From contig CM059431.1 in assembly GCA_030390025.1 (NCBI GenBank), forward strand, positions 138,758,001-138,822,000: DNA of 64,000 nucleotides. Direction: 5' to 3'. The notes beneath the pieces were generated by a model. The model had not been told where the DNA came from and searched no databases. It worked only from the letters and a program-made list of their open reading frames with translations. The translations under genes and the position numbers were made by a program. Positions 60,679-64,000 of this stretch are shown here, piece by piece (position 1 is the stretch's first letter; the number at the start of each line of letters is the position of its first letter). This DNA comes from Squalus acanthias (lineage: Eukaryota).

Positions 60679-63600
60679 AGTGGCAGTGGGTTGGGAACCT
60701 GAGCAGGGAGACAGAGGAAAGGGAAGCAAGGATGAAAGCAAAAGACAGAAAGGAGAAAAACAAAAGTGGCAGTCAGGGAAAATATCGTTTGAAATCAAAC
60801 ATGGCCACAGTAAATATTAATTCTAATAGATCTAAGAGCGTTAAAAAAACAAGCCTGAAGGCTTTGTGTCTTAATGCAAGGAGCATTCGGAACAAGGTGG
60901 ATGAATTAGCTGCGCAAATAGAGGTAAACGAAAATGATTTGATTGGGATGACCGAAACATGGCTCCAGGGTAGCCAAAGCTGGGAACTCAACATCCAGGG
61001 GTACTCAATATTCAGGAAAGATAGGCAAAAAGGAAAGGGAGATGGGGTAGCATTGCTGGTTAAAGAGGGGATTAACACAATTGAAAGGAAGGATATTAGC
61101 TCTGATGATGTGGAATCTGTATGTGTTGAACTGAGAAATAACAAGGCGCAGTAAACGTTAGTGGGAGTGATATACAGACCTCCAAACAGTCACATGGAGG
61201 TTGGGGATGGCATTACAAGGGAAATTAGAGAAGCGTGCAATAAGGGCACAGCAGTCATCATGGGTGACTTTAATGTACATATAGATTGGTCTAACTAAAT
61301 TAGTAACAATACTATGGAGGAGGAATTCCCGGAGTGTTTACGGGATGGTTTCCTGGACCAATATGTCGAGGAACCAACCAGAGATCAGGCCATCTTAGAC
61401 TCGCCATCTTATGCAATGAGAAAGCATTAATTAGCAATCTTGTTGTGCGAGGCCCCTTGGGTCGGAGCGATCATAATATGATATAATTCTTCATTAGGAT
61501 GGAGAGTGAGGTAGTTGACTCAGAGACTAGGGTCCTAAATTTAAATAAAGGAAACTACGATGGTATGAGGTGCGAGTTGGGTAGGATTGATTGGGGAATG
61601 TCACTCAAAGGGTTGACGGTGGAAAGGCAATGGCAAACTTTAAAAGACCGCATGGACGAACTTCAGAATTTGTTCATCCTAGTTTGGCATAAGATTAACA
61701 CAAAAAGGGTCACTCAACCGTGGCTAACAAGGGAAATTAGGGATAGCATAAGATCCAAGGAGAGGGCCAGAAAAAGCAGTAACCCTGAGGACTGGGACCA
61801 GTTTAAGATTCAACAAAGGACGTCAAAGGGATTAATTAAGAAGGGGAAAATAGAATACGAGAGTAAGCTTGTAGGGAACATAAAAACTGACTGTAAAAGT
61901 TTTTATAGATATGTGAAGAGAAAAAGATTAGTGAAATCAAGCATAGGTCCCTTGCAGTCAGAATTAGGGGAACTTATAATGGGGAACAAAAAATGTCAGA
62001 CCAGTTAAATACATATTTTGGTTCTGTCTTCACAAAGGAGGACACAAATAACCTCCCAGAGATTTTGGGGAACATAGGGTCTGATGAAAGTGAGGAACTG
62101 AAAGAAATCAGTATTTGTAGGGAAATGGTGTTCGGGAAATTGAAGGAATTGAAGGCCGATAAATCCCCAGGGCCTTATAATCAACATACTTGGGTACTTA
62201 AGGAAGTGGCCCTAGAAATAGTAGATGCATTGCTGATCATCTTCCAACATTCGATGGAATCTGGAACAGTACCCATGGATTGGAGGACAGCTAATGTTAC
62301 CCCACTATTCAAAAACGGTGGCAGAGCGAAAACGGGGAATTACAGACCGGTAAGCCTGACATCGGAAGTGGGGAAAATGCGAGAGTCCATTCTAAAAGAT
62401 GTAATAGCTGAGCACTTGTAAAATAGTGACGGGATCGGACAAAGTTAACATGGATTTACAAAAGGTAAATCATGCTTGACTAATCTACAGGAATTTTTTG
62501 AAGATGTAACTGTTAAAATAGATAAGGGAGAAGCAGTGGATGTGGTGTATTTGGACTTCCAAAAGGCTTTTGATAAGGTCCCGCATAAGAGATTAGCGTG
62601 TAAAGTTAAGGCACATGGGATTGGGGGCAAGGTATTGACTTGGATAGAGAACTGGTTGGCAGACAGAAAGCAAAGAGTTGGAATAAACGGGTCTTTTTCC
62701 GGTTGGCAGGCAGTGACTAGTGGGTTACCACAGCGATCGGTCCTTGAACCCCACCTATTCACAATAGAAATTAATGATCTAGACAAGGGAACTAGATGTA
62801 ATATCTCCAAGTTTGCAGACGACACAAAACTGGGTGGGCGTGTGTTCTACGAGGAGGATGCCCAGAAACTTCAGTATGCTTTGGACAGGTTGGGTGATTG
62901 GGCAGAAGCGTGGCAGATGCAATATAACGTGGATAAATGCGAGGTTATCCACTCCGGTGTCAAAAACCAAAAGGCAGATAATTTTCTGAATGGCAATAGA
63001 TTGGGAGAAGGGGAAGTGCAACGAGACCTGGGTGTCCTTGTGCACCAGTCGCTGAAGGTCAGCACGCAGGTGCAGCAAGCCGTTAAGAAGGCAACTGGTA
63101 TGTTAGCCTTCATAGCGAGAGGTTGTGAATACAGGAACAAGGATGTCTTGCTGCAGTTGTACAGGGTCTTGGTGAGACAACACCTTGAGTACTGTGTGCA
63201 GTTTTGGTCGCCTTATCTGAGGAAGGATGTTCTTGCCATCGAAGGAGTTCAGCGAAGATTCAACAGGCTGATGCCTGGGATGGCAGGAATGACGTATGAA
63301 GAGAAATTGGGTCGATTGGGCTTATACTCGCTGGAGTTTAGAAGAATGAGAGGGGATCTCATTGAAACTTATAAAATTCTGACAGGACAGGACAAACTAG
63401 ATGCAGGAAGGATGTTCCCGATGGTCGGGGAGTCCAGAACCAGGGGTCACACTCTAAGGATAAGGGGTAAGCCATTTAGGACAGAAATTAGGAGGAATTT
63501 CTTCACCCAGAGAGTGGTGAACCTGTGGAATTCTCTGCCACAGAAGGCAGTAGAGGCCAATTCATTAAATAGATTCAAGAAGGAGTTGAATATATTTCTT

Positions 63601-63750
63601 AAGGCTAAAGGGATCAAGGGATATGGGGAGAAAGCAGGGACAGGGTACTGAATTTGGATGATCAGCCATGATCGCATTGAATGGCGGAGCAGGCTAGAGG
63701 GGCCGAATGGCCTACTCCTGCTCCTATCTTCTATGATTCCATGATTCTAT
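59795..63750 (+). mobile_element. CR1 LINE, near full length (5' end clipped), ORF2 disrupted
   Basis: ORF1 followed by APE (CLNARSI, GMTETWL) and RT (KFADD) segments with stops/frameshifts. 3' hairpin and ctatgatt tail. Confidence 0.94.
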
Positions 63751-64000
63751 AAACCTGCTGACAAGGATGGTGCTGATGTTGTTTGGCGAACCGACCTCTA
63801 CCTAGTGGAGGGTGAACGCCAACTCTCCGACACCTCCTCTTACCTCCAGCTGGACCATGACCCCACTACCGAACATCAAGCCACCGTTTCCAAGACCGTC
63901 ACTGACCTCATCTCCTCTGGAGAACTTCCGTCCACGGCCGCCAACGTCATAGCTCCCCAACCCCGCTCAGCTCGCCTCTACCTTATTCCCAAGATCCACC
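63751..64000 (+). mobile_element. Penelope-like element RT N-terminal fragment (runs off the window)
   Basis: Open frame KPADKDGADVVWRTDLY...DPT...RLYLIPKIH matches the PLE motifs KPADKG and YxLPKIH. Not in the ORF track. Confidence 0.85.

Overview
Vertebrate genomic DNA, almost certainly a cartilaginous fish (inferred from the CR1/L2 LINE families, a SacSINE1-like DeuSINE, Penelope-type repeats and two-exon GPR139-like receptor genes). The window is mostly repeats. (1) A 48-bp satellite array (~5.0-28.2 kb) is interrupted by a nested insertion: a short Penelope-type terminal repeat carrying a minimal hammerhead-ribozyme motif, into which a near-intact, GC/CpG-rich 7.1-kb Tx1-clade LINE has inserted between imperfect 53-bp direct repeats. 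(2) The only host genes are two divergently oriented class-A GPCR paralogues (33094-31383 on -, 56645-59308 on +). They form an inverted duplication that includes the promoter and a 26-bp upstream minisatellite, and they differ mostly on the extracellular/ligand-binding face. (3) A near-intact 4.56-kb PIF/Harbinger transposon (spliced Myb/SANT gene plus intact DDE transposase), and a palindromic MITE with related termini. (4) Many decayed CR1/L2 LINE copies, one with an SGNH-esterase ORF1, a DeuSINE, further hammerhead-bearing Penelope ends and a Penelope RT fragment. Boundaries of decayed repeats are approximate. No database search or folding computation was run.
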